Origin: an uncultured Caulobacterales bacterium
Lineage (GTDB): Bacteria; Pseudomonadota; Alphaproteobacteria; Caulobacterales; CAYPOX01
Direction of reading: 5' to 3'
NCBI GenBank assembly: GCA_964412525.1
Contig: CAYPOX010000003.1
Coordinates: 1-54,811, forward strand
DNA: 54,811 bases
In this document: in pieces, positions 28,825-38,255 of the stretch
Position numbering within the stretch: position 1 is the first letter of the stretch
How the letters are laid out: every line of letters begins with the position of its first letter
Position numbers and translations under genes: made by a program
The notes under the pieces: generated by a model
The model's database searches: none
Told to the model about the DNA's origin: nothing
What the model saw: only the letters and a program-made list of their open reading frames with translations

Positions 28825-29352
28825 CTAATGCCCTTCAAACGCGACCAACGCCTCAGCCTTCACGCCTGCGTCCTCAACGCGCGCCAATCCGCCCAGCTCA
28901 GGCAAGTCGATCACGAAACTTGCGCCGACGACATCGCCCCCGACCCGGCGGATCAAATCGATCGCCGCCAAAGCGGTCCCTCCGGTCGCGATCAAATCGT
29001 CCACAAGCAAAACGCGATGGCCATTGGAGATGGCGTCCACATGGAGCTCCACCGTCGCTTGGCCATATTCCAGTTCATAGGTCTGTGCGTGCACGTCTCC
29101 CGGCAGCTTGCCGGCCTTCCGCACGGGCACGAAACCAACAGACAGCTGGTGTGCGATTGCCCCGCCCAAAATGAATCCACGCGCTTCAATGCCGGCGACT
29201 TTGTCGATCTTCGCGCCGGCATGGGGTTGCACCATCAGATCCACCGCCGACCGGAAGGCGCGGGCATTGTTCAACAGGGTGGTGATGTCTCGGAATTGGA
29301 TCCCCGGCTTGGGGAAGTCCGGGATCGTCCGGATCGCGTCTTTCAAATTCAT
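28825..29352 (-). CDS. apt: adenine phosphoribosyltransferase
   Basis: Contains [21 protein letters not shown] and [14 protein letters not shown] (PRPP motif). 175 aa. Ends with TAG. Confidence 0.95.
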   Translation of the reverse strand: MNLKDAIRTIPDFPKPGIQFRDITTLLNNARAFRSAVDLMVQPHAGAKIDKVAGIEARGFILGGAIAHQLSVGFVPVRKAGKLPGDVHAQTYELEYGQATVELHVDAISNGHRVLLVDDLIATGGTALAAIDLIRRVGGDVVGASFVIDLPELGGLARVEDAGVKAEALVAFEGH

Positions 29353-30233
29353 GAGGCTTTGAGAACCCGTCCCGCCACTGCATCAAGTTTCGCCATCAGC
29401 GTCGGATCGCGCGCCTCCGGTGGGGTGAGAATGGCGTGCTCCAACGCTCGATCCGCTCCAATGGGGCACGACACCCGTGTCGGCCCCAGGATCGGGGCCA
29501 CGGCGCGAACCAATGCGCGCGCTTTGTCGGCGTTGGTGGAAATCACCTTCAAGACGTCCGCCACCTCGACCGAGTCGCCCTCCCGCCAGGAATCGAAATC
29601 CGTCACCATCGCCACGGTCGCATAGGGGATCTCCGCTTCGCGCGCCAGCTTCGCCTCCGGAAGATTGGTCATGCCGATGACGTCGCACCCCCAGGACTTA
29701 TAGAGCCGAGATTCGGCGACCGTCGAGAATTGCGGCCCTTCAATCGCGACGTAGACGCCGCCACGGAACGCCGAGACGCCAATTTCGCCGCAAGCCCTGT
29801 CCAACGCGTCAAGCAGATTGGGGCACACGGGATGGGCCATGGAGACATGCGCCACGCAGCCCAAACCGAAAAAGCTCGTTTCGCGATTGTGCGTCCGGTC
29901 GATGAACTGATCGATCAAAACAAAACTGCCCGGCGGCAAATCCTCACGAAACGAGCCGCATGCGGACAGCGAAATTAAGTCGGTCACGCCGACGCGCTTC
30001 AAGGCGTCAATATTGGCGCGGTAATTGATTTCGCTTGGCGGGACGCGGTGGCCGCGGCCGTGGCGCGGCAGAAACGCCGCACGCACGCCGCCGATCTCGC
30101 CCTGATAAATAGCGTCGGAGGCCTCTCCCCACGGCGTGTCGACGTGGGACCAGCCCGCCCCGACCTCCGAAACGAAAGCCTCGTACAGACCGCTGCCGCC
30201 CAAGATGCCGAGAACGCGTTCCTCGTCCGCCAT
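29349..30233 (-). CDS. mtnP: S-methyl-5'-thioadenosine phosphorylase
   Basis: Contains [32 protein letters not shown] and [30 protein letters not shown]. Confidence 0.9.
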   Translation of the reverse strand: MADEERVLGILGGSGLYEAFVSEVGAGWSHVDTPWGEASDAIYQGEIGGVRAAFLPRHGRGHRVPPSEINYRANIDALKRVGVTDLISLSACGSFREDLPPGSFVLIDQFIDRTHNRETSFFGLGCVAHVSMAHPVCPNLLDALDRACGEIGVSAFRGGVYVAIEGPQFSTVAESRLYKSWGCDVIGMTNLPEAKLAREAEIPYATVAMVTDFDSWREGDSVEVADVLKVISTNADKARALVRAVAPILGPTRVSCPIGADRALEHAILTPPEARDPTLMAKLDAVAGRVLKAS

Positions 30234-30286
30234 CGCCCCGATCCCCCAGCGCCGAAAACGCCGCGGCTAAAGCGAAGGCGCGCGCG

Positions 30287-31117
30287 TCAATGTTCGACGT
30301 TGCGCCAAAGCCGCTTGTAGGACAGGTACAACAAGCCCGCGAGAATGACGAGATAGATCATCGTCACCAGTCCCGTCGCCTTGCGCTGCTCCAATTTGGG
30401 CTCGGCCGCCCAATGGAGAAACGCGGTGACGTCCTTGGCCATCTGATCCGGCGTCGCCTCCACGCCGTCATCATACTCGACGATGCCTGGATAAAGTTGC
30501 TGGGGCATGCCGATCCAACCGCCCGCATAATAGGGATTGTAGTAGAGCCGCTGGGCGAACTAGTCGTCTCTGCCTTCCGGCGGCTCCGCGTCATATCCTA
30601 TGAGCAGCGAGTAGATGTACTCGGGACCGCCCATCCGCGCCTTCGTGATCAAAGACAGATCGACCGGGTAAGCGCCATTGTTGGCGGCGCGGGCCGCAGC
30701 CTGATTGGCGAATGGGGACAAAAACGGATCGGTCGCTTTCCGGGCGCGCATGAACATGTCGCCGTAATCATCCGGACCATCTTCGATCTGATAGGCCCAG
30801 CTCGACGCGATCGTCTGAACATAGGGGTTCTCAGCAGGCGACACGCCCGCTTCATAGAACGGCCCGCCCTTTTGACCCAGATTGCGGTAATAGACGTGCT
30901 CCATTCCGTGGCAGTTCGCGCACACATTTTGGTACACTTTAAGGCCGCGCTGAAGCTGCGCCTTGTCGAACTTCCCAAAGGGCCCATCGAAGCTGAAGGC
31001 GATTTCCTTCGGATGTTTCGCTTCATCCGCGGCGAACGCGCCGCCGGTGAAGGCGGCGGCCGCCAAGGCCGCCGCTGCGATGCTTCGCGTCACTGTCGTC
31101 ACTGTCATCGCCATCAC
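30287..31117 (-). pseudogene. petC: cytochrome c1 of the bc1 complex, interrupted by an in-frame TAG (complement of 30560-30562)
   Basis: The N-terminal piece (30560..31117) has a signal peptide and the CANCH heme site. The C-terminal piece is in the same frame: LYYNPYYAGGWIGMPQQL...DDGVEATPDQMAKDVTAFLHWAAEPKLEQRK plus a TM anchor. The only interruption is ...PPEGRDD-TAG-FAQRLYYNPY... Confidence 0.85.
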
Positions 31118-32376
31118 TCCGCCGGAGCGGCCGCCGCGCCGCCCGATTTCTGCGCCCGCGCCAACACAGCCTGCGAAATCGAGACCGGCAACGGGTTCGG
31201 TTTCTCCACCATGCCGAGCACCGGCAAGATCACGAGGAAGTAGGCGAAATAGTAGATCGTCGCGACCCGACCGATGGTGATGTACGGCTCCTCAGCGACC
31301 GCGCCGCCGACCCACATCAAGACCCCGAACGCGATGACCAGCAGAATGAAGCACTGGCGCGCGACCGGCCGATAGCGCATGGATCGCACCTTCGACGTGT
31401 CGAGCCAGGGCAGCGCGAACCAGATCAGGATCGAACTGAACATGGCGACGACGCCGCCCAGCTTGTCCGGAACCGCCCGCAGGATCGCGTAGAACGGCAG
31501 GAAGTACCATTCCGGCACGATGTGCGCAGGCGTCACCAACGGATCCGCCGGAATATAGTTGTCCGGGTGACCCAACGCATTCGGCATGTAGAACACGAAG
31601 GCCGCAAACAGGATCACGAACAGGGACAGCGCGAAGAAATCTTTCACCGTGTAGTAGGGGTGAAACGGCACCGTGTCCTTCTTCGACTGAACGCCGACGC
31701 CGAGCGGATTGTTGTTGCCCGGTACGTGGAGCGCCCAAACGTGCAGCACGACGACGCCCAAGATCAGGAACGGCACCAGATAGTGCAGTGAGAAGAACCG
31801 CGTCAGGGTCGGGTTGTCGACCGAGAAGCCGCCCCACAACCAGGTGACGATCGAGTTCCCGATGAATGGGATCGCGCCGAACAATTGCGTGATCACGGTT
31901 GCGCCCCAAAAGGACATTTGCCCCCAAGGCAGCACGTAACCCATGAACGCGGCGGCCATCATCAGCAGGAAGATGACCACGCCAAGCATCCAGAGAATTT
32001 CCCGAGGCGCTTTGTAAGACCCGTAATAAAGGCCTCGGAAAATGTGTATGTAGACGGCGAGGAAGAACATGGAGGCGCCGACCGCATGGATGTAGCGCAG
32101 CAACCATCCATAGTTCACATCGCGCATGATGCGTTCGACCGATGCGAAAGCGGTGTTCACATCCGCCGTATAGTGCATGGCCAGCACAATCCCCGTGCCG
32201 ATCTGCACCATCAAGCAGAAGCTGAGGATCGCCCCAAACGTGTACCAATAATTCAGATTCTTCGGCGCTGGAAAATCAACGAAATTATCGTAACCCCAGC
32301 GAACCAGCGGCAGACGGGTGTCGAGCCATTTCTCAAACCCCGTTTTCGGCTGGTAAGTGCTCTCTCCGCTCATCAC
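31114..32376 (-). CDS. petB: cytochrome b
   Basis: 420 aa. Contains [45 protein letters not shown] and [14 protein letters not shown]. The probable start is the ATG at 32373. Confidence 0.95.
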   Translation of the reverse strand: MMSGESTYQPKTGFEKWLDTRLPLVRWGYDNFVDFPAPKNLNYWYTFGAILSFCLMVQIGTGIVLAMHYTADVNTAFASVERIMRDVNYGWLLRYIHAVGASMFFLAVYIHIFRGLYYGSYKAPREILWMLGVVIFLLMMAAAFMGYVLPWGQMSFWGATVITQLFGAIPFIGNSIVTWLWGGFSVDNPTLTRFFSLHYLVPFLILGVVVLHVWALHVPGNNNPLGVGVQSKKDTVPFHPYYTVKDFFALSLFVILFAAFVFYMPNALGHPDNYIPADPLVTPAHIVPEWYFLPFYAILRAVPDKLGGVVAMFSSILIWFALPWLDTSKVRSMRYRPVARQCFILLVIAFGVLMWVGGAVAEEPYITIGRVATIYYFAYFLVILPVLGMVEKPNPLPVSISQAVLARAQKSGGAAAAPAE

Positions 32377-32456
32377 GCCCTCTTCGCGTTGAACTCAAAC
32401 TCTCAGCGCACCTAGCGCACGTCGATCCGTTCGACCAGCGACCGACCGCCGCGCGA

Positions 32457-33008
32457 TCAACCAATCTTGATGCGCGTGTCGGACACGTATTCGTATGGCG
32501 GCAGATCCAGATTGCGCGGCGCGGGCCCCTTCCGGATGCGCCCCGCCGTGTCGTAGTGGGAACCGTGGCACGGACAGAACCATCCGTCATAGTCCCCTTG
32601 CTCGCCCAACGGCACGCAACCCAAATGGGTGCAGATGCCGACCATGACGAGAAACTCCTTCTTGAGCTGCCCGTCCGGTCCCGCGATGACGCGTTCATCG
32701 TCCGCCTGCGGATCCGGCAAGGACGAAAGCTCGACCGACTCCGCCGCCGCGATCTCTTCCGGCGTACGCCGCCGGATGAAGATCGGCTTGCCGCGCCAGA
32801 TCGCTTTGATCTGTTGGCCGACCCGCACGCTCGAAATGTCGACCTCGATCGACACAAGCGCGCGCACCGCCGCCGACGGGTTCATTTGATCAATGAACGG
32901 CCAAGCGACAGCCGCGCCGCCGACCGCCGCGAACGCGCCGGTCGCAATGTAGATGAAATCACGTCGCGTCTCGCCCGCGCCGTGTTCGTCCGTCGCCGCA
33001 TCCGTCAT
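32457..33008 (-). CDS. petA: ubiquinol-cytochrome c reductase Rieske iron-sulfur subunit
   Basis: Tat-like N-terminus (TRRDFIY) and Rieske boxes CTHLGC and CPCHGSHYD. Confidence 0.95.
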   Translation of the reverse strand: MTDAATDEHGAGETRRDFIYIATGAFAAVGGAAVAWPFIDQMNPSAAVRALVSIEVDISSVRVGQQIKAIWRGKPIFIRRRTPEEIAAAESVELSSLPDPQADDERVIAGPDGQLKKEFLVMVGICTHLGCVPLGEQGDYDGWFCPCHGSHYDTAGRIRKGPAPRNLDLPPYEYVSDTRIKIG

Positions 33009-33085
33009 GATGCACCTCCTCGCATATATCGAGGATCCGATATCTAACGGCCTCGCCCGCCAAGTCCAGATCGCACCGCCCTATC

Positions 33086-33544
33086 ATGCACCCGCTGCTG
33101 CAATTCGTCCTCGTCCATCCGGATATCCCTCAAAATGTCGGCGCCTGTATCCGATTGGCGGCTTGCTTCGAGGCGACCATGCATGTGGTGGAGCCCTGCG
33201 GCTTTCCTTTCGGACCCGCATCTTGGCGGCGGGTGGCGATGGATTATGAGTCGTTGACGGCCCCTCGGCGGCACGCGTCATGGACTGAGTTTCAAGCGTC
33301 GGCCTCGGGCCGGACCATTCTGTTCACGACCCGAGGCGAGATCGGTCACGCCGAGGTCGCTTACCAATCCGGCGACATCTTAATGTTCGGTTCGGAAAGC
33401 GCCGGCGCGCCGAAGTCGGTTCGCGACGCGGCGGACTTGCGCGTTCGCATTCCCATCGCCAAGGACGCACGGTCTTTGAATTTGGCGACCGCGGTCGCCG
33501 TGGGGCTCGCTGAAGCCCGCCGTCAGCTAGGAGGCTTGCCATGA
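33086..33544 (+). CDS. trmL: tRNA (cytidine/uridine-2'-O)-methyltransferase TrmL (SpoU family)
   Basis: 152 aa. Contains LVHPDIPQNVGACIRLAACF, LMFGSESAG and SLNLATAVAV (SPOUT knot motifs). Confidence 0.85.
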   Translation: MHPLLQFVLVHPDIPQNVGACIRLAACFEATMHVVEPCGFPFGPASWRRVAMDYESLTAPRRHASWTEFQASASGRTILFTTRGEIGHAEVAYQSGDILMFGSESAGAPKSVRDAADLRVRIPIAKDARSLNLATAVAVGLAEARRQLGGLP

Positions 33545-34425
33545 CCGAACCCGCTTCCCTTCGCGATCGCGTGCGCGATCGTTGGCGCGATCTTCGTGAC
33601 CGCTTATGCGGCGCCTTTGAAGCGATCGAAGACGAGGCGGCTGGTCTCGACCTCTACCCGTCGGGCGCGCCGGGGCGTTTTGAGCGCACCGCGTGGCGGC
33701 GTCCGGAGGAGAACGGCCAAGACGCCGGCGGCGGCGTCATGTCCGTCATGCGCGGCCGCGTGTTTGAGAAAGTCGGGGTCAATTTTTCGGAAGTCTTTGG
33801 CGATTTCTCGCCGGAGTTCGCGAAACAGATCCCAGGCGCCGACGAAAATCCGTCTTTTTGGGCCTGCGGCGTTTCGCTCGTCGCGCATATGCGCAATCCG
33901 CGGACGCCTTCGGCGCATATGAATGTGCGGCGTATTGAGACCGCGAAGGGATGGTTTGGAGGCGGGGGCGATTTGAACCCGATGCTCGACGCCATGCGCG
34001 GCCGCGAACATGAAGACGCCGTCGCCTTCCATAATCGCTTCAAGCAGACCTGTGACGCATTTGATCCAAGCTATTACGAGAAATTCGCGGCCTGGGCGGA
34101 CGAGTACTTTTTCAACAAACACCGCAACGAACCGCGCGGCGTCGGCGGGATCTTTTTCGACTATCACGACACCGGCGACGTGGAACGCGATTTCGATTTT
34201 GCTGCGGATGTCGGGCAAGCGTTCCTGGAGGGCTTCACCGCCGCCGTCCGACGTCGCATGGCCGAACCCTGGAGCGCTGAGGAAAAAGAAGAGCAGCTCG
34301 TGCGGAGGGGACGTTACGCCGAGTTCAACTTGGTGTGGGACCGCGGAACGAAATTTGGCCTCAACACAGGCGGCAATGTCGAAGCGATACTGATGTCGCT
34401 GCCGCCCGAAGCGAAGTGGCCATAA
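33541..34425 (+). CDS. hemF: oxygen-dependent coproporphyrinogen III oxidase
   Basis: ATGA overlap with trmL. Contains VFEKVGVNFSEV, HMRNPRTPSAHMNVR, WFGGGGDLNP, RGVGGIFFD and GRYAEFNLVWDRGTKFGL. Confidence 0.95.
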   Translation: MTEPASLRDRVRDRWRDLRDRLCGAFEAIEDEAAGLDLYPSGAPGRFERTAWRRPEENGQDAGGGVMSVMRGRVFEKVGVNFSEVFGDFSPEFAKQIPGADENPSFWACGVSLVAHMRNPRTPSAHMNVRRIETAKGWFGGGGDLNPMLDAMRGREHEDAVAFHNRFKQTCDAFDPSYYEKFAAWADEYFFNKHRNEPRGVGGIFFDYHDTGDVERDFDFAADVGQAFLEGFTAAVRRRMAEPWSAEEKEEQLVRRGRYAEFNLVWDRGTKFGLNTGGNVEAILMSLPPEAKWP

Positions 34426-34758
34426 ACCAAAAAAGAAGATGCTTGCATGTCTGCGGGAGTCACATGGCCTGTGCGGCGCTTAAGTGGATCAAACGGCTTT
34501 CAAAGAACATTGCTCGCATGGCGTTCTACGTCTTTTGGATCGGCCTTCCTATACGTGAGGCGGGTTGCCGGCGCGCGAAATAGCGAGGAGGTTTACAATT
34601 CTTGAGAAACTGCGATCGCTCGTGTCGCATTCGAAAATCGGCAAATGATGGCGTTTGAGGCTTCTAACTTGCTTTAATGAGCGTTGCGCCATGTCGTCAG
34701 CTTACCCATTTTTTAACAAGCACGGCAGTACTGGGAATGAAGTTGATTTGCGGGGCGA

Positions 34759-35172
34759 GTGATGACTGGAAAAGATGACGAGTTTAATTCAACTTATCCG
34801 GATCTTGACGCGGAAGCCGATGGGGATATCAAAGAGATGATACGTGCGCTTGCGGCGGCGGGCGGCGTGTTTTTGGGCGGCGACGACATTTTTGTCCCCG
34901 GGGCCACGATCACCATGATTGCGGATGGGAAGACCATGATCACCGGGCCGGCGGCGGCGGACAAATTGCTCATGGAACGCGATTTGACCGCGCTTGAGTC
35001 CGGGTTTCACACCCTCGTGCGCCTGACGGTCGATCCGCCCTTCGCCGATTCGGCCTCGACATTGCATGTGGCGGATGGCGGCAAGCTTCGCGTCGCCGCG
35101 TCGCTCATCTACAGTGAAGATGGTTGGCGCGTGACCGGGCTGCGCGCCGCACGCGAACACGCGACCGCATGA
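34759..35172 (+). CDS. hypothetical small acidic protein (paralogue-like of the next gene)
   Basis: 137 aa, starting at GTG 34759 or ATG 34762. It follows a ~330-nt low-GC spacer. The C-terminal pattern ...GGKLRVAASLIYSEDGWRVTGLRAAR suggests an NTF2/SnoaL-like fold (inference only). Confidence 0.5.
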   Translation: MMTGKDDEFNSTYPDLDAEADGDIKEMIRALAAAGGVFLGGDDIFVPGATITMIADGKTMITGPAAADKLLMERDLTALESGFHTLVRLTVDPPFADSASTLHVADGGKLRVAASLIYSEDGWRVTGLRAAREHATA

Positions 35173-35288
35173 CCTTGTCGCGAATGCGACCGAGCGTGCA
35201 TCGCCATTAAGGGTTTGTTTTCCTGATGGCCGCAACGTGAAGTGGTCTGAGCGCGAGTCGCGCCTGACAGCGGCCAGAAGGACGACGA

Positions 35289-35723
35289 ATGTTGAACGCG
35301 GCGGTTAAAGGCGACCCATCGATTCTTGATGACGATCCCTCGGACCAGGACTTGGTCCGCGAAGCCGTCGAAATGGTTCTTAACGGGGCTGCGATCGGGG
35401 ATCCGCAACCGGTCGCGCGCCACACCATGCGCGACGCCTGCTGCGTCTTGATTCATCACGGGGGCGCCGTCTCCGTAAGCGTCGCCGATTTGGCGGGCGC
35501 GGTGTTCGCCGCCGGGGAAACGGCGCGCGAGCCCGAGATCGTCTGGCGGCGGCTGAATTGCGACGCCCAAGTGGCGGAAACCGAGGCGGATTTCACAGAA
35601 GCCGGCGGTTCACGCTTGCGCGCCAATATGACCCTCATTCGCCATGGACGGCGCTGGCGGGCGACGACGATCGTGTTGCGCACGGTGGAGACGCCGATTC
35701 GCCGTCAAGGCGCGACGCACTGA
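35289..35723 (+). CDS. hypothetical small protein (similar layout to 34759..35172)
   Basis: 144 aa. It has an acidic N-terminus, and its C-terminal ...GGSRLRANMTLIRHGRRWRATTIVLR parallels the upstream protein. Confidence 0.5.
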   Translation: MLNAAVKGDPSILDDDPSDQDLVREAVEMVLNGAAIGDPQPVARHTMRDACCVLIHHGGAVSVSVADLAGAVFAAGETAREPEIVWRRLNCDAQVAETEADFTEAGGSRLRANMTLIRHGRRWRATTIVLRTVETPIRRQGATH

Positions 35724-35777
35724 TCTTCGTCTGCGGCATGGTTGCAGCGCGCGTCGCGCCGCGGCACACACGTCGTC

Positions 35778-37181
35778 ATGAGCCAAGACGATGACTCCAC
35801 GAATGAACCGCCCCTCACGGTGGGCTGGGAAGAATGGGTGCGGCTGCCGGAACTGAAGATTCCGGCGATCCGCGCCAAGGTTGATACGGGCGCGCGAACA
35901 TCCGCGCTGCACGCCTTCAATGTGACGCCCTATCGCGCCAAAGGGCGCGACCGGGTGCGGTTTGGGCTCCATCCCCTCTTTGATCGACCGGACTTGGAGC
36001 TTTACTGCTCCGCCCCATTGATCGACCAGCGGGAGATCACGAGTTCGAACGGCGAGGTCGAACTTCGCTACGTCATCGAAACCACGATCGAACTGGGCGG
36101 ACGCCGGTGGCCGATCGAACTCTCTCTCGCGAACCGCGAGACGATGGCGTACCGCATGCTGCTCGGCCGCCAGGCCCTGAACGCCCGCGCGGTGGTCGAT
36201 CCGGAACGGTCATGCGTTCAAGGCAATCCGGATTTGGACGCTCTCTATGCGTCCCACGGCGAAGGCGGCGATCCGTCACGCACGCTGCGCGTGGCGCTCC
36301 TCACCCGCGAGCCGAACAGCTATTCCAGCCGTCGGATCGTGGCGGCGACCGAGGCCCGCGAACATATGATCGAAGTGGTCGATACGGCGCGATGCTCCAT
36401 CGCGATCGACGCGGCCACGCCGGAGGTCCGTTTCGACGGCCGCGTCTTGCCCCGATATGACGCGGTGATCCCAAGGATCGGCGCCTCGATCACCCATTAC
36501 GGGGCCGCAGTCGTCCGCCAGTTCGAATTGACTGGCGCTTATGTGTTGAACAGCTCGGACGCGATTTTGCGCTCCCGCGACAAATTGTTGGCTCACCAAT
36601 TGATGGCGCGCTTCGGGATCGGCATGCCCAAGACCGGCTTCGCCCGCAGCCCGAAAGACACCGCCGACCTCATCGGCTCCGTCGGCGGCGCGCCTTTGGT
36701 GGTGAAGCTGTTGTCCGGCACCCACGGCCAGGGCGTCGTTTTGGCGGAGACGGCGAAGGCCGCCGAATCGGTGATCGCCGCGTTTCGCGGCTTGGACGCC
36801 GACTTCCTGGTCCAACGTTTCGTGAAAGAGGCCAGCGGCGAAGACCTTCGCTGCTTCGTCGTCGGGGGCAAGGTCGTCGCGTCCATGCTGCGCAAGGCGG
36901 CCGAGGGCGAATATCGCGCCAACCTCCATCGGGGCGGCGTGGCGCTGAAAGTTCGCCTTTCCAAGGAAGAGCGCGACACCGCGCAACGCGCCGCCCGCGC
37001 CCTTGGGCTTCAGGTTGCGGGCGTCGACATGTTGCGGGGATCCGAAGGCCCAGCCGTGCTGGAGGTGAATTCATCTCCAGGGCTGGAGGGCATCGAGAAG
37101 ACCTCGGGCAAGGATGTCGCTGCGCTGATCGTCGAGCACTTGGAACGGCGCGCGCGCCCGCCGCGCCGGCGAAAAATCTGA
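35778..37181 (+). CDS. rimK: fusion protein: DUF785 retropepsin-like (RimB-type, 'ATP-dependent zinc protease') domain + RimK-family alpha-L-glutamate ligase
   Basis: The N-terminal [33 protein letters not shown]...RFGLHPL...LLGRQAL is the DUF785 domain. From about residue 180 there is a full ATP-grasp: [83 protein letters not shown]. There is no stop between the two parts. An alternative start lies at 35742. Confidence 0.8.
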   Translation: MSQDDDSTNEPPLTVGWEEWVRLPELKIPAIRAKVDTGARTSALHAFNVTPYRAKGRDRVRFGLHPLFDRPDLELYCSAPLIDQREITSSNGEVELRYVIETTIELGGRRWPIELSLANRETMAYRMLLGRQALNARAVVDPERSCVQGNPDLDALYASHGEGGDPSRTLRVALLTREPNSYSSRRIVAATEAREHMIEVVDTARCSIAIDAATPEVRFDGRVLPRYDAVIPRIGASITHYGAAVVRQFELTGAYVLNSSDAILRSRDKLLAHQLMARFGIGMPKTGFARSPKDTADLIGSVGGAPLVVKLLSGTHGQGVVLAETAKAAESVIAAFRGLDADFLVQRFVKEASGEDLRCFVVGGKVVASMLRKAAEGEYRANLHRGGVALKVRLSKEERDTAQRAARALGLQVAGVDMLRGSEGPAVLEVNSSPGLEGIEKTSGKDVAALIVEHLERRARPPRRRKI

Positions 37182-37650
37182 ACGCTCCCCGTTTTCGGGG
37201 GCTGTGAACCGGGTTTCGCGAAGGCCCGCGCCCGCGGGCGACGCAGCCACGGGGCGCCCGCCTGTACGCGCATTGGTCAACGCACGAGGCGTTCAAACCC
37301 GTCTACCATCCGTTTGTTTGCGAGCATGCGTCGCCCGGCGCCAGGGCGGCGCTTTCAATCGTGCCGGTGGGGGCGCGCGAAAACGTCCTTGAGCGCTGTA
37401 TGCGACGTCGCCGTTCACGCCTTGAGTTGGATTGATCCCCCACCCCTCTGGGAAACGCCGTTTCGGAACCCGATTGGGGCGGACGACGCAAAAAGACCTC
37501 GCCGCGCACCGTCGGGGGCGGCGTGAGCATGATGTCACGTTCAATGGCAAACTACGATTCACAATTATTAAATATGCAATCTATGGTTGCCGCCTGCATG
37601 ATTTATTATACTTATGTATATGCCACATAAAATTTTCTTGTCTTTGTAGC

Positions 37651-37660
37651 TGTTTGCATT
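37651..37660 (+). repeat. left copy of 10-bp direct repeat TGTTTGCATT bracketing the yfiR-like/TBDR module
   Basis: An exact 10-mer is also present at 40435-40444. This copy lies in the AT-rich region just upstream of ORF 37666. Confidence 0.35.
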
Positions 37661-37665
37661 ATTAA

Positions 37666-38253
37666 TTGCTTTACAAGGCGCGTTCGGGAAATTGGACAGT
37701 GATCAGAAAACCTACAGGCGTGTTGGGGCTCGTTACGGCCTTCATGATTTCGCCGCCATTCTTTCTTGATCAAGCTCTTGCTCAGGAAGAGGCGTCACGA
37801 ACGTTGTTCACCGCGACACGCGCCCTGCGCTTTGTCGAGTCCGCTGGAAAACAGTCTGTCGCCTCGATCATTTACAATCCAAGTAATCAAACGTCTTTGA
37901 ACGAGGCTCAAGCGATTTTGAGTCACTATAAAGAACGTGATAGCCTGCAAATTGACGGCCAAACCATTCGTCTGTCTTTGACGCCTGTCGACGACGTCTC
38001 AAGCGCCCGCAACGCCCGTATCGCCTATGTCACGCACGGTCTATCCACGGAAACACACAAGGCCCTCGCCGAGGGCTTAGCGGGCGCCGAAGTGATCACC
38101 ATCACCGGCGATCTCGCCTGCGTCGAAAACGGCCACTGCGTCATGGGCGTTCGCGTGATCCCGCGCGTGGAATTTTACATTTCGGAGACTGCCGCTCAAC
38201 GCGCCACCGTGCGTTTTCAGGCCGCCTTCAAGATCTTGGCGAAGGAGCTCTAA
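37666..38253 (+). CDS. YfiR-like (DUF4154) periplasmic protein
   Basis: Signal peptide IRKPTGVLGLVTAFMISPPFFLDQALA (possible GTG start at 37699). The C-terminal AEVITITGDLACVENGHCVMGVRVIPRVEFYISETAAQRATVRFQAAFKILAKE parallels P. aeruginosa YfiR (...VLSISERGTECSVGSMFCLNVGGPRITFEANLDSIARSGVRVHPSVLKLARR), including the Cys pair. Confidence 0.6.
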   Translation: MLYKARSGNWTVIRKPTGVLGLVTAFMISPPFFLDQALAQEEASRTLFTATRALRFVESAGKQSVASIIYNPSNQTSLNEAQAILSHYKERDSLQIDGQTIRLSLTPVDDVSSARNARIAYVTHGLSTETHKALAEGLAGAEVITITGDLACVENGHCVMGVRVIPRVEFYISETAAQRATVRFQAAFKILAKEL

Positions 38254-38255
38254 GC

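Noticed and set aside
30560-30562. Idea that TAG is reassigned or generally read through in this organism, which would explain the petC amber codon.
   Set aside because: TAG is used as the ordinary terminator of apt (28825-28827, complement), pgsA (15748-15750) and the DUF1508-like gene (10639-10641), each at the expected protein end. Site-specific suppression cannot be excluded and is kept as a finding.
34335-34583. 82-aa ORF spanning the hemF 3' end and the low-GC spacer.
   Set aside because: It overlaps the hemF coding sequence out of frame. It has no Shine-Dalgarno, its composition changes midway, and it shows no motif.
37541-37665. Fur box or cobalamin riboswitch upstream of the TonB-dependent receptor operon.
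   Set aside because: The AT-rich region has only loose resemblance to Fur half-sites (for example TGCATGATTTATTATAC). I found no B12-box-like element or conserved riboswitch core, so no call is made.
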